This document shows, one piece after another, positions 1 to 10,641 of a DNA stretch of 64,000 bases. How positions within the stretch are numbered: position 1 is the stretch's first letter; each line of letters begins with the position of its first letter. The DNA is from Lachnospiraceae bacterium. GTDB lineage: Bacteria > Bacillota > Clostridia > Lachnospirales > Lachnospiraceae. The notes under the pieces were generated by a model, which made no database searches, had not been told where the DNA came from, and was given only the letters and a program-made list of their open reading frames with translations. The translations under genes and the position numbers were made by a program. The stretch spans positions 10,160-74,159 of the forward strand of contig JAILJP010000114.1 of the NCBI GenBank assembly GCA_024694625.1, in the 5' to 3' direction.

Positions 1-1130
1 ATGGCTAAGACCTGATCGTCCATAGAAGCCTGTTTGATAAAGTCCACCACCGGTTGGAAGCTTTCATAGGGGTGATGCAAAAAGATATCCTTTTGCTTGA
101 TGCACTGGAAAATATCCCCTTCACAAATATCTAGTGACATTTGTGGCACATAGGCTTTGATTCGCAAATGGTCATAGCCTTCAATGGAATACAGCTTCAT
201 CAAAAAAGTAAAATCAATGGGGCCGTTGATTTTATATACTGCATCTTTTGCTACAGATAGGTTTTCCCGTAAAAACTTCAGTACCCGTTTGTCTATGGTA
301 CTTTCCACTTCCAAACGAATGACCTCGCCCCACTGTCTCATTTTTAGAGATTTTTGAATCTCTTTCAGCAAGTCGGATGCATCATCTTCGTCAATGGATA
401 AATCTGCATTTCTCATTATTCGATAGGGAAATGCACATTCTACATTGTAGTTTAAGAACAATTTAGATAGATTCTTTTCAATAATTTGCTCTAATAAAAT
501 AAAGGTGTCGGTATCATTTTCTGAAGGAATATGCACGAGTCTGGGAAGTCCGGAAGGAACCTGAACAGTGATAAATTCATATTCTGAAGGCTCCATATGA
601 TCCCCTAATAACTTCGAATTTCCCTTTGGCGTAACAAGACCTGCAATGTTTAAAGACTTGTTGGAAACTAAGGGGAAGGGTCTGGAGGCATCTACTGCCA
701 AGGGGGTTAAAACCGGATACACCTCCCGCATAAAATAGCGATCCACATAGGCTTCCTGATCCTCTGAAAGGTCTTCGTATTTATCAATAATGATGATGCC
801 GTTTTTTTGTAAAATAGGAATTAAAGAACGGTTATAGGTGGTACACTGTTGCTCCATAAAGGTTCTTGTTTCTTCCTGAATCTTTTCCAACTGGAGACTT
901 GGTGTCATTCCTGCCAAATCCTTTTTGGTATAATCCGCATGAATCATATCTTTTAGAGATGCTACACGTACCATAAAGAATTCGTCCAAATTTGACGCGG
1001 TTATGGCAAGAAATTTAATCCGCTCTAAAATGGGAAGGCTTTTATCCCTTGCTTCATTGAGAATTCGCTGATTGAATTTTAACCAGCTTAATTCTCTGTT
1101 TACATAGTATTTTTCATCATTAAAATTCAT
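1..1130 (-). CDS. ppk: polyphosphate kinase 1, N-terminal ~376 codons (3' end lies beyond the window start)
   Basis: Absent from the ORF track because it runs off the window. Manual translation from the ATG at 1128-1130 gives [57 protein letters not shown]. At the window edge the same frame reads [30 protein letters not shown]. Both are classic PPK1 blocks. It starts 18 bp downstream of ppx. Confidence 0.85.
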   Translation of the reverse strand, partial: [376 protein letters not shown]

Positions 1131-1148
1131 CCCCAATACGCTCCTCTT

Positions 1149-2678
1149 TTATTTTCTCTTTTCATGAATCTCCGGTCGAATAGCAAATACCTCTTCAAAG
1201 AAATCAGCCTTTGATTCAAATAACCCTCTTTCCAATTCCATTGAATCCTTGGTTTCTATGGCAATGGATAATACATCTTCTTTTAATGTCATGTAAATGC
1301 GTTTGAACTTTTGCTTGTGACTTTTATCCATGGCGTTTGCCACGCGTAAAATGGCCAAAAGTTTTAAGTATTTCATATATTCGTCTTGAGAAAAATCAGA
1401 AGCCATTTCCTCATAGGACAGTTCTCCTTTTCGGTTGGAAGAACAAATATAGGCTACCATCAGGCGCTCGTTATGGCTAAGACCCAAAATTTCCGAAGAC
1501 ATGATAATGGTAAAGGTACATTGGGATGCTTCAGAAATACTGATATATTTACCGCAGTCATGCAGAATACAGACTACTTGCATCAGTAATCGGTCTCTTA
1601 TGCTTAATTTATGGATTTTTTTGACAGAGTCAAATATTTGTAAGGAGATGGATTGCAATGCCTTTAAATGAGGCATAAAGCTGCCGTAACGACGGGCTAT
1701 GGCCCAAGATGCTGACAATACATCTTCTTCAAAGTCATGAGACGCTTTTAAGAGTTTGGCGTCATAGGCATATTGATAGGCAATGCCTTCAGAAACAGAT
1801 ACTCCGGGAATCATGATTTTTTCCGGTGTAATCATTTCAATGATGTTTTGATACAGTAAAATAAAAGGCATCAACATTTCGTCGTCGGAATCGTATTCAA
1901 AGCTTTCGGAGATAACAGAGTAAAGCTGCTTTTTCTTGATTTTATTCATGACCGTAGCATACTCTTCGTTGGAAATAATGTGGTTGTTTGACTTCATGGG
2001 AAGCTTGTTGGCCACATTGTGGATTTGATCGTTTAAGAGAATCAAATATTCCGGGTGCTTTGATTTTAAATAGATATTTGAAAAGGAACTAAGTTCCTTT
2101 TTAATAATCTCGGATACAATGGCATTCCCGTCTTTTTTGTCCTTTAGCCGGTGCAAATGTTCCTGAATCTGAGTGGCGCCCAATAGAATATGTTCGGTAG
2201 TGATAATCTCTCCTTCTTCAAATAAGGTAATCTGAATACTGGAACCACCAATATCCACCAAAAGAGCGCACTCGGAAATAATCTCCTCGAAACTTGTGGC
2301 GGAACTTAAGGCAAGGTAGGATAAAAATCTCTGCTCTGAGTTGGTCAAAACGTTAATGTTTAAATCCAGCTGTAGTTTAATCTGGTCTAAAACAAAGCGT
2401 GAGTTTTTGGCATTTTGCAAGGTGTAGCCGGCAAACACACGGTAATCGTTGCATCTGTAAGTCGCGATGGTTTGTTTCATATCCTTCAAGCAACTTAGGA
2501 TTTTAGATAACGTCTCATGGGAAATGGCGCCTTTGGCCATTACATCTTTTGAAATGCCACACCATGTCCGGAGACAGTCTATTTCCTTGATCTTTTTTTC
2601 TTTTGAAATTTCAAATATTTTACATACGATTTCGTAAGAACCGATATAAACAGATGCAAATGTTTTCAATACCTTCAT
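1149..2678 (-). CDS. ppx: Ppx/GppA-family exopolyphosphatase with C-terminal HD domain
   Basis: 509-aa ORF. The N-terminus is Ppx/GppA actin-like (VYIGSYEI, LVDIGGSSIQIT) and the C-terminus carries an HD motif (ILHDCGKYIS). It has an ATGA stop/start overlap with the upstream ATPase and is followed by ppk. Confidence 0.8.
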   Translation of the reverse strand: MKVLKTFASVYIGSYEIVCKIFEISKEKKIKEIDCLRTWCGISKDVMAKGAISHETLSKILSCLKDMKQTIATYRCNDYRVFAGYTLQNAKNSRFVLDQIKLQLDLNINVLTNSEQRFLSYLALSSATSFEEIISECALLVDIGGSSIQITLFEEGEIITTEHILLGATQIQEHLHRLKDKKDGNAIVSEIIKKELSSFSNIYLKSKHPEYLILLNDQIHNVANKLPMKSNNHIISNEEYATVMNKIKKKQLYSVISESFEYDSDDEMLMPFILLYQNIIEMITPEKIMIPGVSVSEGIAYQYAYDAKLLKASHDFEEDVLSASWAIARRYGSFMPHLKALQSISLQIFDSVKKIHKLSIRDRLLMQVVCILHDCGKYISISEASQCTFTIIMSSEILGLSHNERLMVAYICSSNRKGELSYEEMASDFSQDEYMKYLKLLAILRVANAMDKSHKQKFKRIYMTLKEDVLSIAIETKDSMELERGLFESKADFFEEVFAIRPEIHEKRK

Positions 2679-3958
2679 TCCTTTCCCAATAAATAATCAA
2701 TGAATTGCTGTGCTGCTCTTCCTGAATATCCCCCGTGTTTTAATTCCCAACGATTTGCTTCTAAGAGTAATTCTTCTTCCTCTACATCCAAATGTACCCG
2801 ATCTTTTAATCCCAATACAATGTCCATAAATTCGTTTTTGCTAGGGGAACCGTAATAGATGGTAACCCCGAATCTATGGTAAAGTGACAGTTTTTCCTGA
2901 ACTGTATCATTTTTATGCATGTCATCCATATCCTTTTTGTCCGCAAAGGATTCCCGTATTAAATGTCTACGGTTTGAGGTGGCGTAAATTAAGACGTTAT
3001 TTGGCTTTTTTTCCAAACCACCTTCGATGACAGCTTTTAGATATTTATATTCGATTTCAAATTCTTCAAAGGATAAATCATCCATATAGATGATGAATTT
3101 ATAATTTCGGTTTTTAATCTGGCGGATTACGTCGTTTAAGTATTTAAACTGATGCTTGTAGATTTCAATCATACGTAGTCCGTCTTCATAAAAGGTATTT
3201 ACCGTAGCTTTGATGCTGGATGACTTTCCAGTACCTGCATCTCCGTACAACAAACAGTTGTTGGAAGGTTTTCCTGTTACAAAGGCTTTTGTGTTGTCAT
3301 ACAACCGTTTCTTTTGATCCTCATAACCGATTAAATCGGAAAACTCAATGTGAGGTATTTTGGAAATGGGAACAATATTACCATCCTCATCCAGGCGAAA
3401 GGCCTTGTGAAGTCCAATGGTTCCCACACCAAAGTGTTTGTAAAATAAAGCGACTTCTTTTTGAAATTGTTCTACGTCTTGGGCGTGTTCCAAGGCTTCA
3501 CACAAATCCAAAATACAGTCCCGGATACGGTGATTAAATACGGCGCCATCCGTATTTTTGTCTTCAAAGTGTTTGATAAAGGATAAATCTGTGGCAAATA
3601 AATTCTCCAACACGGAAAAATCTGCTGCAAACAAATCCATAAATATGGAAAAATCCCTTTTGGCGATTTCACTTACACTTCCACCGGAATCTTCTTTGAT
3701 TTCACAGCCCAAGCTGTAGGCGTTTTCTTTGGAAACCAAAAGATAGGTAAGATAACAATGCCAAATATTACCATAAAAACCATGGGCTGATGCGGTTTCA
3801 ATCAATCCTTGAATATATTGGAAAAATGCATCTTTTTTTTCTTTGATAAGAAGGCCTTTATCAATTTCTTCGTTTTGGGCCATTTCTAAAATTTCAGAGA
3901 AACCGTAAGCTAAGCCGTCTTTTGCAAAACGATATAAAATCAACTGATCTGCTTTCAT
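2675..3958 (-). CDS. DUF815-type AAA ATPase (function unknown)
   Basis: Walker A NCLLYGDAGTGKSSSIKA and Walker B FIIYMDDLSF match the DUF815 ATPase pattern. The ORF extends to 3991, but the ATG at 3956-3958 (MKADQLILYRF) has AAGGAGG 9 nt upstream and avoids overlap with pheA, so I call that start. Confidence 0.7.
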   Translation of the reverse strand: MKADQLILYRFAKDGLAYGFSEILEMAQNEEIDKGLLIKEKKDAFFQYIQGLIETASAHGFYGNIWHCYLTYLLVSKENAYSLGCEIKEDSGGSVSEIAKRDFSIFMDLFAADFSVLENLFATDLSFIKHFEDKNTDGAVFNHRIRDCILDLCEALEHAQDVEQFQKEVALFYKHFGVGTIGLHKAFRLDEDGNIVPISKIPHIEFSDLIGYEDQKKRLYDNTKAFVTGKPSNNCLLYGDAGTGKSSSIKATVNTFYEDGLRMIEIYKHQFKYLNDVIRQIKNRNYKFIIYMDDLSFEEFEIEYKYLKAVIEGGLEKKPNNVLIYATSNRRHLIRESFADKKDMDDMHKNDTVQEKLSLYHRFGVTIYYGSPSKNEFMDIVLGLKDRVHLDVEEEELLLEANRWELKHGGYSGRAAQQFIDYLLGKE

Positions 3959-3959
3959 T

Positions 3960-5108
3960 TTAGCATTCCTCCTTTGCATTGTAATTTCCAAGGACTTTAA
4001 AATGAGAAGTTTCTTCCTGCAAGCCTCTTAAAGCATTTTGAACGGACTCATCTTTTAAGTTTCCTATCAAATCAATGAAGAATCGATATTCCCATTGTTT
4101 GTTTTTCAATGGTCTGGATTCGATTTTTGACATATTCAATCCGTTAAAAATAAAGTGGGACAAAATATGGTACAAAGATCCCTCTTCATCTGGAATTTCA
4201 AAGGAGATACTGATTTTATTTGCTGAGTTTAAAAACTCTTTTTCTTTTGAAACAATGATAAAACGGGTAACATTGTTTTTTATATCCTGAATGTTTTTTT
4301 CAATTACGGATAAGTGATACAAATCTGCATTGATTCCTGAGGCGATGGCTGCGTGATGAATATCTTTGTCTTCATGTACCTTTTTTGCTGCCATAGCAGT
4401 GTTTTGGAACGCTTCTGCACTTATGTAGCTGTGTGCCCTTAAGTAGCCGTCACATTGCATAATTGCCTGAGGATGAGAATAGACTTTTGTAATATCCGAT
4501 AACTTGGCTCCTTCCAATCCAAGCAAACAATGCTGAATAGGAATCTCCTGTTCTCCGATAATGCAAACATCATATTCAGCCAAAAGGTCATAGTTTTGAT
4601 AAACGGCTCCTGCTGTGGAGTTTTCAATGGGAAGTACCGCATAGTCTGCGTCCCCTTTGGTCAAAGCTTCCATAGCATCCCGCCATGTATCCACGGAAAA
4701 ACTGGTATGGGTTTGTCCAAAGAAAGTTTCGGTGGCAACCTGGGAATAGGCACCTTCCACGCCTTGGTACACTACCCTGCAATTTTGAAAATCAAAGGCG
4801 GATTTTTCCGTAAAGCCATAGTGATTGTCCCTGTTTTGGGCAGCTAAAAGACCATATTGTTTCTTTCGGCTTGTGGACATAATCAGTTCAAACAATTCTA
4901 TTATGCCTTGACGTTCAAAATCATCCTTAGCAAAGGAAGATAAATGTGAAAGCTTTTCTTCTTCTCTTTGTTTATCGAATACTGGTTTGGTGTTGGCAAT
5001 TTTGTATTTTGCCACTTCAGTGGTATAGCCCATTCGTTCTTTATAAAGGGCTATAATTTCATTATCTACTCGGTCAATGTCTTTCCTAATTTCTTTTAAA
5101 TCTTTCAT
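3960..5108 (-). CDS. pheA: bifunctional chorismate mutase / prephenate dehydratase
   Basis: N-terminal chorismate mutase helix (IRKDIDRVDNEIIALYKERM), PDT domain (VVYQGVEGAYSQVA, TRFIIV) and C-terminal ACT-like region (ISFEIPDEEGSLYHILSHF...ESRP). Confidence 0.85.
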   Translation of the reverse strand: MKDLKEIRKDIDRVDNEIIALYKERMGYTTEVAKYKIANTKPVFDKQREEEKLSHLSSFAKDDFERQGIIELFELIMSTSRKKQYGLLAAQNRDNHYGFTEKSAFDFQNCRVVYQGVEGAYSQVATETFFGQTHTSFSVDTWRDAMEALTKGDADYAVLPIENSTAGAVYQNYDLLAEYDVCIIGEQEIPIQHCLLGLEGAKLSDITKVYSHPQAIMQCDGYLRAHSYISAEAFQNTAMAAKKVHEDKDIHHAAIASGINADLYHLSVIEKNIQDIKNNVTRFIIVSKEKEFLNSANKISISFEIPDEEGSLYHILSHFIFNGLNMSKIESRPLKNKQWEYRFFIDLIGNLKDESVQNALRGLQEETSHFKVLGNYNAKEEC

Positions 5109-5116
5109 CTTTTCCT

Positions 5117-8100
5117 TTAATCCAAAACGTCAAAAATAGATAGCTGTGCAGATTGAGGTAATCCGTGAATTACCCCTAACTCTGAAAGTTTATCGATTGC
5201 CGTTTGGGATATTTTTCCTCTGGTTTTTATTTCATCTTTTGATGTAAATCTCTTTTGGGAAGCTGCAATTTGTAAGGTCTCTGCAGCGGAATCTCCCAAA
5301 CCTTCCAATGTATTGAAAGGCGGTAATAATTTACCATCTACTATTTTAAAGTATCTGGCGTCGGATTCATAGAGATCCATGGGTAAAAACTCAAATCCTC
5401 TGCAGTACATTTCATGAACCAATCGTAAATCTCGATATAAGTCTTTAATGGTAGCAGAAAGCTTTTCGCCGGCTTCTTCTCTATCATTGATTTCCTGAAG
5501 ATTTGCTTCTACTGTTGCTTTTCCCTGACACATTTTTTCGTAATCAAAGGCTGTAGCTCTGATGGAGAAAAATGCTGCATAATAAGCCAAGGGGTAATTA
5601 ATTTTACAGTAGGCCACTCTCCAAGCCATCATAACGTAAGCAGCTGCGTGGGCTTTCGGGAACATGTATTTAATCTTTTCGCAGGACCAGATATACCAAT
5701 CCGGAACTCCGTGATCAATCATATCCTGCTTCCACTGTGGCCATTTATCTGCTTTTCCTTTGGCTACAATACCTTTTCGTACCGCTTCCATGATTTTAAA
5801 GGATTCTTCTGATTCCAGCCCCATATGGATTAAATAGGTCATAATATCATCTCGGGTACAAATGGCTGTGGAAATGGTAGCTTTTCCTTCTTCAATCAAG
5901 GTCTGTGCGTTTCCTAACCAAACGTCGGTACCGTGAGCAAGTCCGGCGATTCGAATCAAATCCGTAAATTCCTTGGGCTTTGCGTCTTCCAACATGCCCA
6001 TAGCGAAGTCAGTACCAAATTCCGGAATACCCAATGTTCCTTTATTACATTTCCAAAGACTTTCACCGTCTTTTAATTTCAAAGCATTGGTATTTTGGAA
6101 AAGACTCATAACGTCTTTATCATCCAAGGGAATTGTGGTGGCATCGATGCCAATCAAATCTTCCAAACGACGAATCATGGTAGGATCGTCGTGCCCAAGA
6201 ATATCAAGTTTTAACAGGTTTTCATCAATGGAATGGTAATCAAAGTGGGTTGTTACAATATCTGTTTCCGTATCGTTGGCAGGATGCTGAATGGGGGTAA
6301 AGGAATAAATGTCCTCTCCCACCGGCAATACGATAATACCACCGGGGTGCTGTCCTGTTGTACGACGAACACCTACACAACCTTCCACAATACGTTCGAT
6401 TTCAGCACGGCGTTTGTGAATACCCCGCTCTTCAAAATAGTGTTTTCCAAGACCAAAGGCGGTTTTTTCCGCCAATGTACCAACGGTACCGGCCTTAAAA
6501 GTTTGCCCTTCACCGAAAATAACTTCCGTGTATTTGTGGGCTTTATTCTGATATTCACCGGAGAAGTTCAAATCGATATCCGGCTCCTTGTTTCCTTTAA
6601 ATCCTAAGAAAGTTTCGAAAGGAATGTCAAATCCTTCTTTGATCATAGGTTTGTGACAGTTGGGGCAATCACAGTCCGGCATATCCACTCCGGCACGTCC
6701 GGAATACTGTTTTACTTCCTCAGAGTCAAAATCTACGTAGTGACAAATGGGGCAAATATAGTGAGGACTTAAAGGATTTACCTCAGTAATACCTGCCATG
6801 GTAGCGGCAAAGGAGGAACCTACGGAACCTCGGGAACCTACCAAATATCCGTCTTCATTTGATTTCCATACCAGCTTTTGGGCAATGATGTACATTACGG
6901 CGTAACCGTTGGAAATAATGGAATTTAATTCTCTCTCCAATCGTTCTTTTACGATTTCCGGCAAATCATCCCCGTAGATTTCATGGGCTCTTCGATAACA
7001 GATTTCTCGTAATTCCGTATCGGAGTTTTCGATGACAGGAGGTGCTTTATCCGGTCTTGTGGGTTTGATGTAGTCGCACATATCCGCAATGAGATTTGGA
7101 TTTTTGATTACAATCTCCTCTGCTTTTTCGTGACCGAGATAGGAAAATTCCTTTAGCATTTCCTCTGTTGTATGGAGATACAAAGGAGCTTGCTGATCCG
7201 CATCCTTAAATCCTTTTCCTGCCATAATAATGGCACGGTAAATGGAATCCTCAGGATTTAAAAAGTGAACGTCGCAGGTGGCCACAACAGGTTTGTTCAA
7301 CTCTTCTCCCAATGCGATAATCTGTCGGTTGATTTCATTTAAATCCTCTTCAGATTCGATTCCATATTTGCTTTCCCGTAGCATAAATGCATTGTTGCCA
7401 TTGGGCTGAACTTCCAAATAGTCATAGAAATTTGCAATACGGACAATCTCTTCTCTGGAACGTCCAAGTAAGATGGCCTGATACAACTCTCCTTGTTCAC
7501 AGGCAGAACCGATAATCAAACCTTCTCTGTTTTCCTCGATTAAGCTTTTTGCCATTTTGGGTGACTTGTTAAAGTACTCCAAATGGGATAAGGAAACCAG
7601 TTTATAAAGGTTTACACGACCGATATCATTTTTGGCAATTAAAATAATGTGGTTGGCGTGAGAAGATGCAATTCTGGCTTTGGTCATCTTTCCTGCTTCA
7701 TTTAAAGTATCCAAATCATGGATGTCTTTTTTGTCCAGCTTTTTGCAGAGCTTTTCAAAAATCATGGCGGTACATTCTGCATCATCTACAGCTCGGTGAT
7801 GATTTTCCAAAACAACCTTTAAGTCTTTTGCCACCGTATCCAGTTTGAAACGCTTTAAATGAGGCAATAAAAACTGAGAAAGTGTAACGGTATCCAAATA
7901 GGTAAATTCCCAGCTAATATCTAATTTTTTACACCAGGCTTTAATCACTCCGGTATCGAAATCCGCATTGTGGGCTACCAAAATAGCGTCGCCACAGAAT
8001 TCTTTAAACTTTGGAAGGATTACGTCCACGGAGGGAGCCTCACGCACCATCTCATCGGTAATATGAGTAAGATTCATAATTTCGTAAGGGATGGGCTCGT

Positions 8101-9574
8101 TGGGATTTACGAATTCTGAAAAACGGTCGGTAATTACACCATGTTCAAACTTCACAGCTCCGAATTCGATAATTTTACATTTGTTGGCGTTTAATCCGGT
8201 GGTTTCCAAGTCAAATACAACATAGGTATCAGACAAAGTCTGCCCCTTGGAATTTGTAACGATTTGTTTGGTATCGTCTACCAAATAGCCTTCGCAACCA
8301 TAGAGAATCTTAAATTCCGGGTCCTTGGAAAGCACCTTTGAATGGGCTGCAGAAGTAAAGGATTGAACTACACCGTGATCGGTAATTGCCAAGGCTTTAT
8401 GGCCGAAATTGATGGCCTGAGCCAAAATATCTTCAATATCGGAAACACCATCACTGTCGCTCATTTTGGTATGACAATGAAGCTCCACTCGTTTTTCGGA
8501 TGAAAGGTCGTGGCGCTTTTCACGAAAGTCCGGAATGGATTCAATTGTACGAATTCTGGAACAGCAGATATCTTTAGAAAAATCATCAAAGCTTACGGTT
8601 CCTTTTACTTTTACAAAGCTTCCTTTACCTAAAAGTCCCATTAATTCGGGAGCTTGAGGTGTAGGGATGAATATCTTACAACCTAGGGTATCCGTAAAGT
8701 CGGAAATATTAAAGGCAATGATGGTTTTGTTGTTTCTTACATCTCTGCTTTCAATAGATGTAATTTGCCCTCTTAACACGACTTCCCCTATGCCGTCAAA
8801 GGTTTCATCTATAGGGGTAGTTTCTTCTACAATGGGTTTAAATCCAAAGAGAAGTCCTGGAATATTGTCTTTTCGGAAGGGCTTGTACAAAGGTTTTTCT
8901 TCTTCCACTTCCAAAGCTTCGGTTTTGGGAGCTTCTTTTTTGGCGGTTTCTTTTTTCTTTTCCGGTTCTAAAGCTTTAGCACCATCTTCGGAGGATAGGT
9001 CGGAAACTTTGTCTACAATAGATTCAATAGCCCGTTCAATACGCTCTTCCTGAGCTTTGATATATTTACTCTCTTTTGCGTTTTTGTATGAAATATGAAT
9101 CTGAACGTTTAAATTGCATCTGTCGTGAAATACAACAGAAAATATGTGAAAGATTTCTTCTTCTCTGGCGTGGGCAATGGCTGTGTCTTCTAGGGTAATA
9201 ATAATATTTTCGCCGTCAAAGTCGAAATCTGCTTTTTTCATAATACTGTAAGTGATGGCACTTACCTTGCCGATTTCTTCAAAAATACTGTCTTTGTACA
9301 TATCAAATAAGCTCTCTGACGTATAGACATCAGAAAGCTGAAATGATTCGATGATATTTACTTCCATGGTATTTCCGGGGAAGTATTCTTTTTTTATGGC
9401 ATTCTCCAATTTCCAAATACTGTTTTTGGGAACGAGAGAATTAAACCTAAGATAGATGCGCATCTTATCTTTGGTTTTATTTGTGCTGATACGAAGAATC
9501 TTTGCTGATTTCAGAATCGGATTCAATTTATCATCATCAATTTTTGAAAAAAGGTCTAAAAAGTCTTTTTCCAT
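5117..9574 (-). CDS. polC: DNA polymerase III PolC-type (Gram-positive replicative polymerase)
   Basis: 1485 aa. PHP domain (ELHCHTKMSDSDG), inserted DEDDh exonuclease (VVFDLETTGL, AHNADFD, HRAVDDA), Cys4 Zn module (CPICHY...CPNCH) and pol III alpha core. Its start overlaps the ispG stop (TAATG). Confidence 0.97.
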   Translation of the reverse strand: MEKDFLDLFSKIDDDKLNPILKSAKILRISTNKTKDKMRIYLRFNSLVPKNSIWKLENAIKKEYFPGNTMEVNIIESFQLSDVYTSESLFDMYKDSIFEEIGKVSAITYSIMKKADFDFDGENIIITLEDTAIAHAREEEIFHIFSVVFHDRCNLNVQIHISYKNAKESKYIKAQEERIERAIESIVDKVSDLSSEDGAKALEPEKKKETAKKEAPKTEALEVEEEKPLYKPFRKDNIPGLLFGFKPIVEETTPIDETFDGIGEVVLRGQITSIESRDVRNNKTIIAFNISDFTDTLGCKIFIPTPQAPELMGLLGKGSFVKVKGTVSFDDFSKDICCSRIRTIESIPDFREKRHDLSSEKRVELHCHTKMSDSDGVSDIEDILAQAINFGHKALAITDHGVVQSFTSAAHSKVLSKDPEFKILYGCEGYLVDDTKQIVTNSKGQTLSDTYVVFDLETTGLNANKCKIIEFGAVKFEHGVITDRFSEFVNPNEPIPYEIMNLTHITDEMVREAPSVDVILPKFKEFCGDAILVAHNADFDTGVIKAWCKKLDISWEFTYLDTVTLSQFLLPHLKRFKLDTVAKDLKVVLENHHRAVDDAECTAMIFEKLCKKLDKKDIHDLDTLNEAGKMTKARIASSHANHIILIAKNDIGRVNLYKLVSLSHLEYFNKSPKMAKSLIEENREGLIIGSACEQGELYQAILLGRSREEIVRIANFYDYLEVQPNGNNAFMLRESKYGIESEEDLNEINRQIIALGEELNKPVVATCDVHFLNPEDSIYRAIIMAGKGFKDADQQAPLYLHTTEEMLKEFSYLGHEKAEEIVIKNPNLIADMCDYIKPTRPDKAPPVIENSDTELREICYRRAHEIYGDDLPEIVKERLERELNSIISNGYAVMYIIAQKLVWKSNEDGYLVGSRGSVGSSFAATMAGITEVNPLSPHYICPICHYVDFDSEEVKQYSGRAGVDMPDCDCPNCHKPMIKEGFDIPFETFLGFKGNKEPDIDLNFSGEYQNKAHKYTEVIFGEGQTFKAGTVGTLAEKTAFGLGKHYFEERGIHKRRAEIERIVEGCVGVRRTTGQHPGGIIVLPVGEDIYSFTPIQHPANDTETDIVTTHFDYHSIDENLLKLDILGHDDPTMIRRLEDLIGIDATTIPLDDKDVMSLFQNTNALKLKDGESLWKCNKGTLGIPEFGTDFAMGMLEDAKPKEFTDLIRIAGLAHGTDVWLGNAQTLIEEGKATISTAICTRDDIMTYLIHMGLESEESFKIMEAVRKGIVAKGKADKWPQWKQDMIDHGVPDWYIWSCEKIKYMFPKAHAAAYVMMAWRVAYCKINYPLAYYAAFFSIRATAFDYEKMCQGKATVEANLQEINDREEAGEKLSATIKDLYRDLRLVHEMYCRGFEFLPMDLYESDARYFKIVDGKLLPPFNTLEGLGDSAAETLQIAASQKRFTSKDEIKTRGKISQTAIDKLSELGVIHGLPQSAQLSIFDVLD

Positions 9575-10632
9575 TACGATTCACCCCAATGTAGTAATTC
9601 ATTTCTCAGTGCATCTAAAAGCTGGTCTTCCGGCATTTTTCGCACTACTTCACCATGTTTGATTAACAATCCTTCGCCGATACCTCCGGCGATTCCAATA
9701 TCTGCTTCTTTGGCTTCACCCGGGCCATTTACCACACAACCCATAACAGCCACCTTTACGTTGTCCAACTTGATGTCGCTGACCATAGCTTCTACTTTGT
9801 TGGCAAGAGAAATCAAATCAATTTGTGTTCTTCCGCAGGTTGGACAGGAAACAACTTCGATTCCACCACTTCTTAATCCCAGTGTTTTCAAGAGCTGCTT
9901 TGCGGTATACACCTCTTCTACCGGCGCTCCGGTCAAAGAAACACGAATGGTATCACCAATGCCCTGATATAAGATCATGGCAAGTCCTGCAGAGGATTTA
10001 ATGGTTCCGCTGCGAAGGGTTCCTGCTTCTGTAATACCTACATGGATGGGATGATTGGTTTTGTCTTTGATTAATTCGTGAGCTTTCACGCACATTAATA
10101 CATCGGAAGATTTGATACTGATGACCAGATTATCATATCCCAGATCTTCAATGATTTTCACTTTGTCCAAAGCAGATTCTACAAGGCCTTCGGCGGTTAC
10201 ACCATGATATTTTTCTACCAAGTCCTTTTCTAAAGAACCGGAATTTACACCCACACGAATGGGAATGTTTTTCGCCTTTGCTACATCAACTACTGCTTTG
10301 ATTCGTTCGGTAGAGCCAATATTTCCAGGATTGATTCGGATTTTGTCTGCTCCATTTTCCATAGCTGCAATCGCCAGGCGGTAATCAAAATGGATATCTG
10401 CAACCAAGGGAATATGAATCTGCTTTTTAATCTCTCCAAGAGCTTTGGCAGCTTCCATGGTGGGAACAGCGCATCGGATAATATCGCATCCTGCCTGCTC
10501 CAACTCCAATATTTGAGCAACGGTAGCATCCACATCCTCGGTTTTGGTATTGGTCATTGACTGAATCAATATAGGATGATTTCCACCGATTACTTTATTT
10601 CCGATTTTTACTTCTTTTGTATTCATTCTCAT
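9574..10632 (-). CDS. ispG: 4-hydroxy-3-methylbut-2-enyl diphosphate synthase (flavodoxin)
   Basis: GcpE motifs IQSMTNT, CDIIRCAVP and RINPGN, plus Fe-S cysteines VSCPTCGRT and MGCVVNGPGE. The ORF extends to a GTG at 10641 directly abutting the rseP stop. The ATG at 10630-10632 follows AGGTGA at good spacing, so I prefer it. Confidence 0.93.
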   Translation of the reverse strand: MRMNTKEVKIGNKVIGGNHPILIQSMTNTKTEDVDATVAQILELEQAGCDIIRCAVPTMEAAKALGEIKKQIHIPLVADIHFDYRLAIAAMENGADKIRINPGNIGSTERIKAVVDVAKAKNIPIRVGVNSGSLEKDLVEKYHGVTAEGLVESALDKVKIIEDLGYDNLVISIKSSDVLMCVKAHELIKDKTNHPIHVGITEAGTLRSGTIKSSAGLAMILYQGIGDTIRVSLTGAPVEEVYTAKQLLKTLGLRSGGIEVVSCPTCGRTQIDLISLANKVEAMVSDIKLDNVKVAVMGCVVNGPGEAKEADIGIAGGIGEGLLIKHGEVVRKMPEDQLLDALRNELLHWGES

Positions 10633-10641
10633 TTCAATCAC

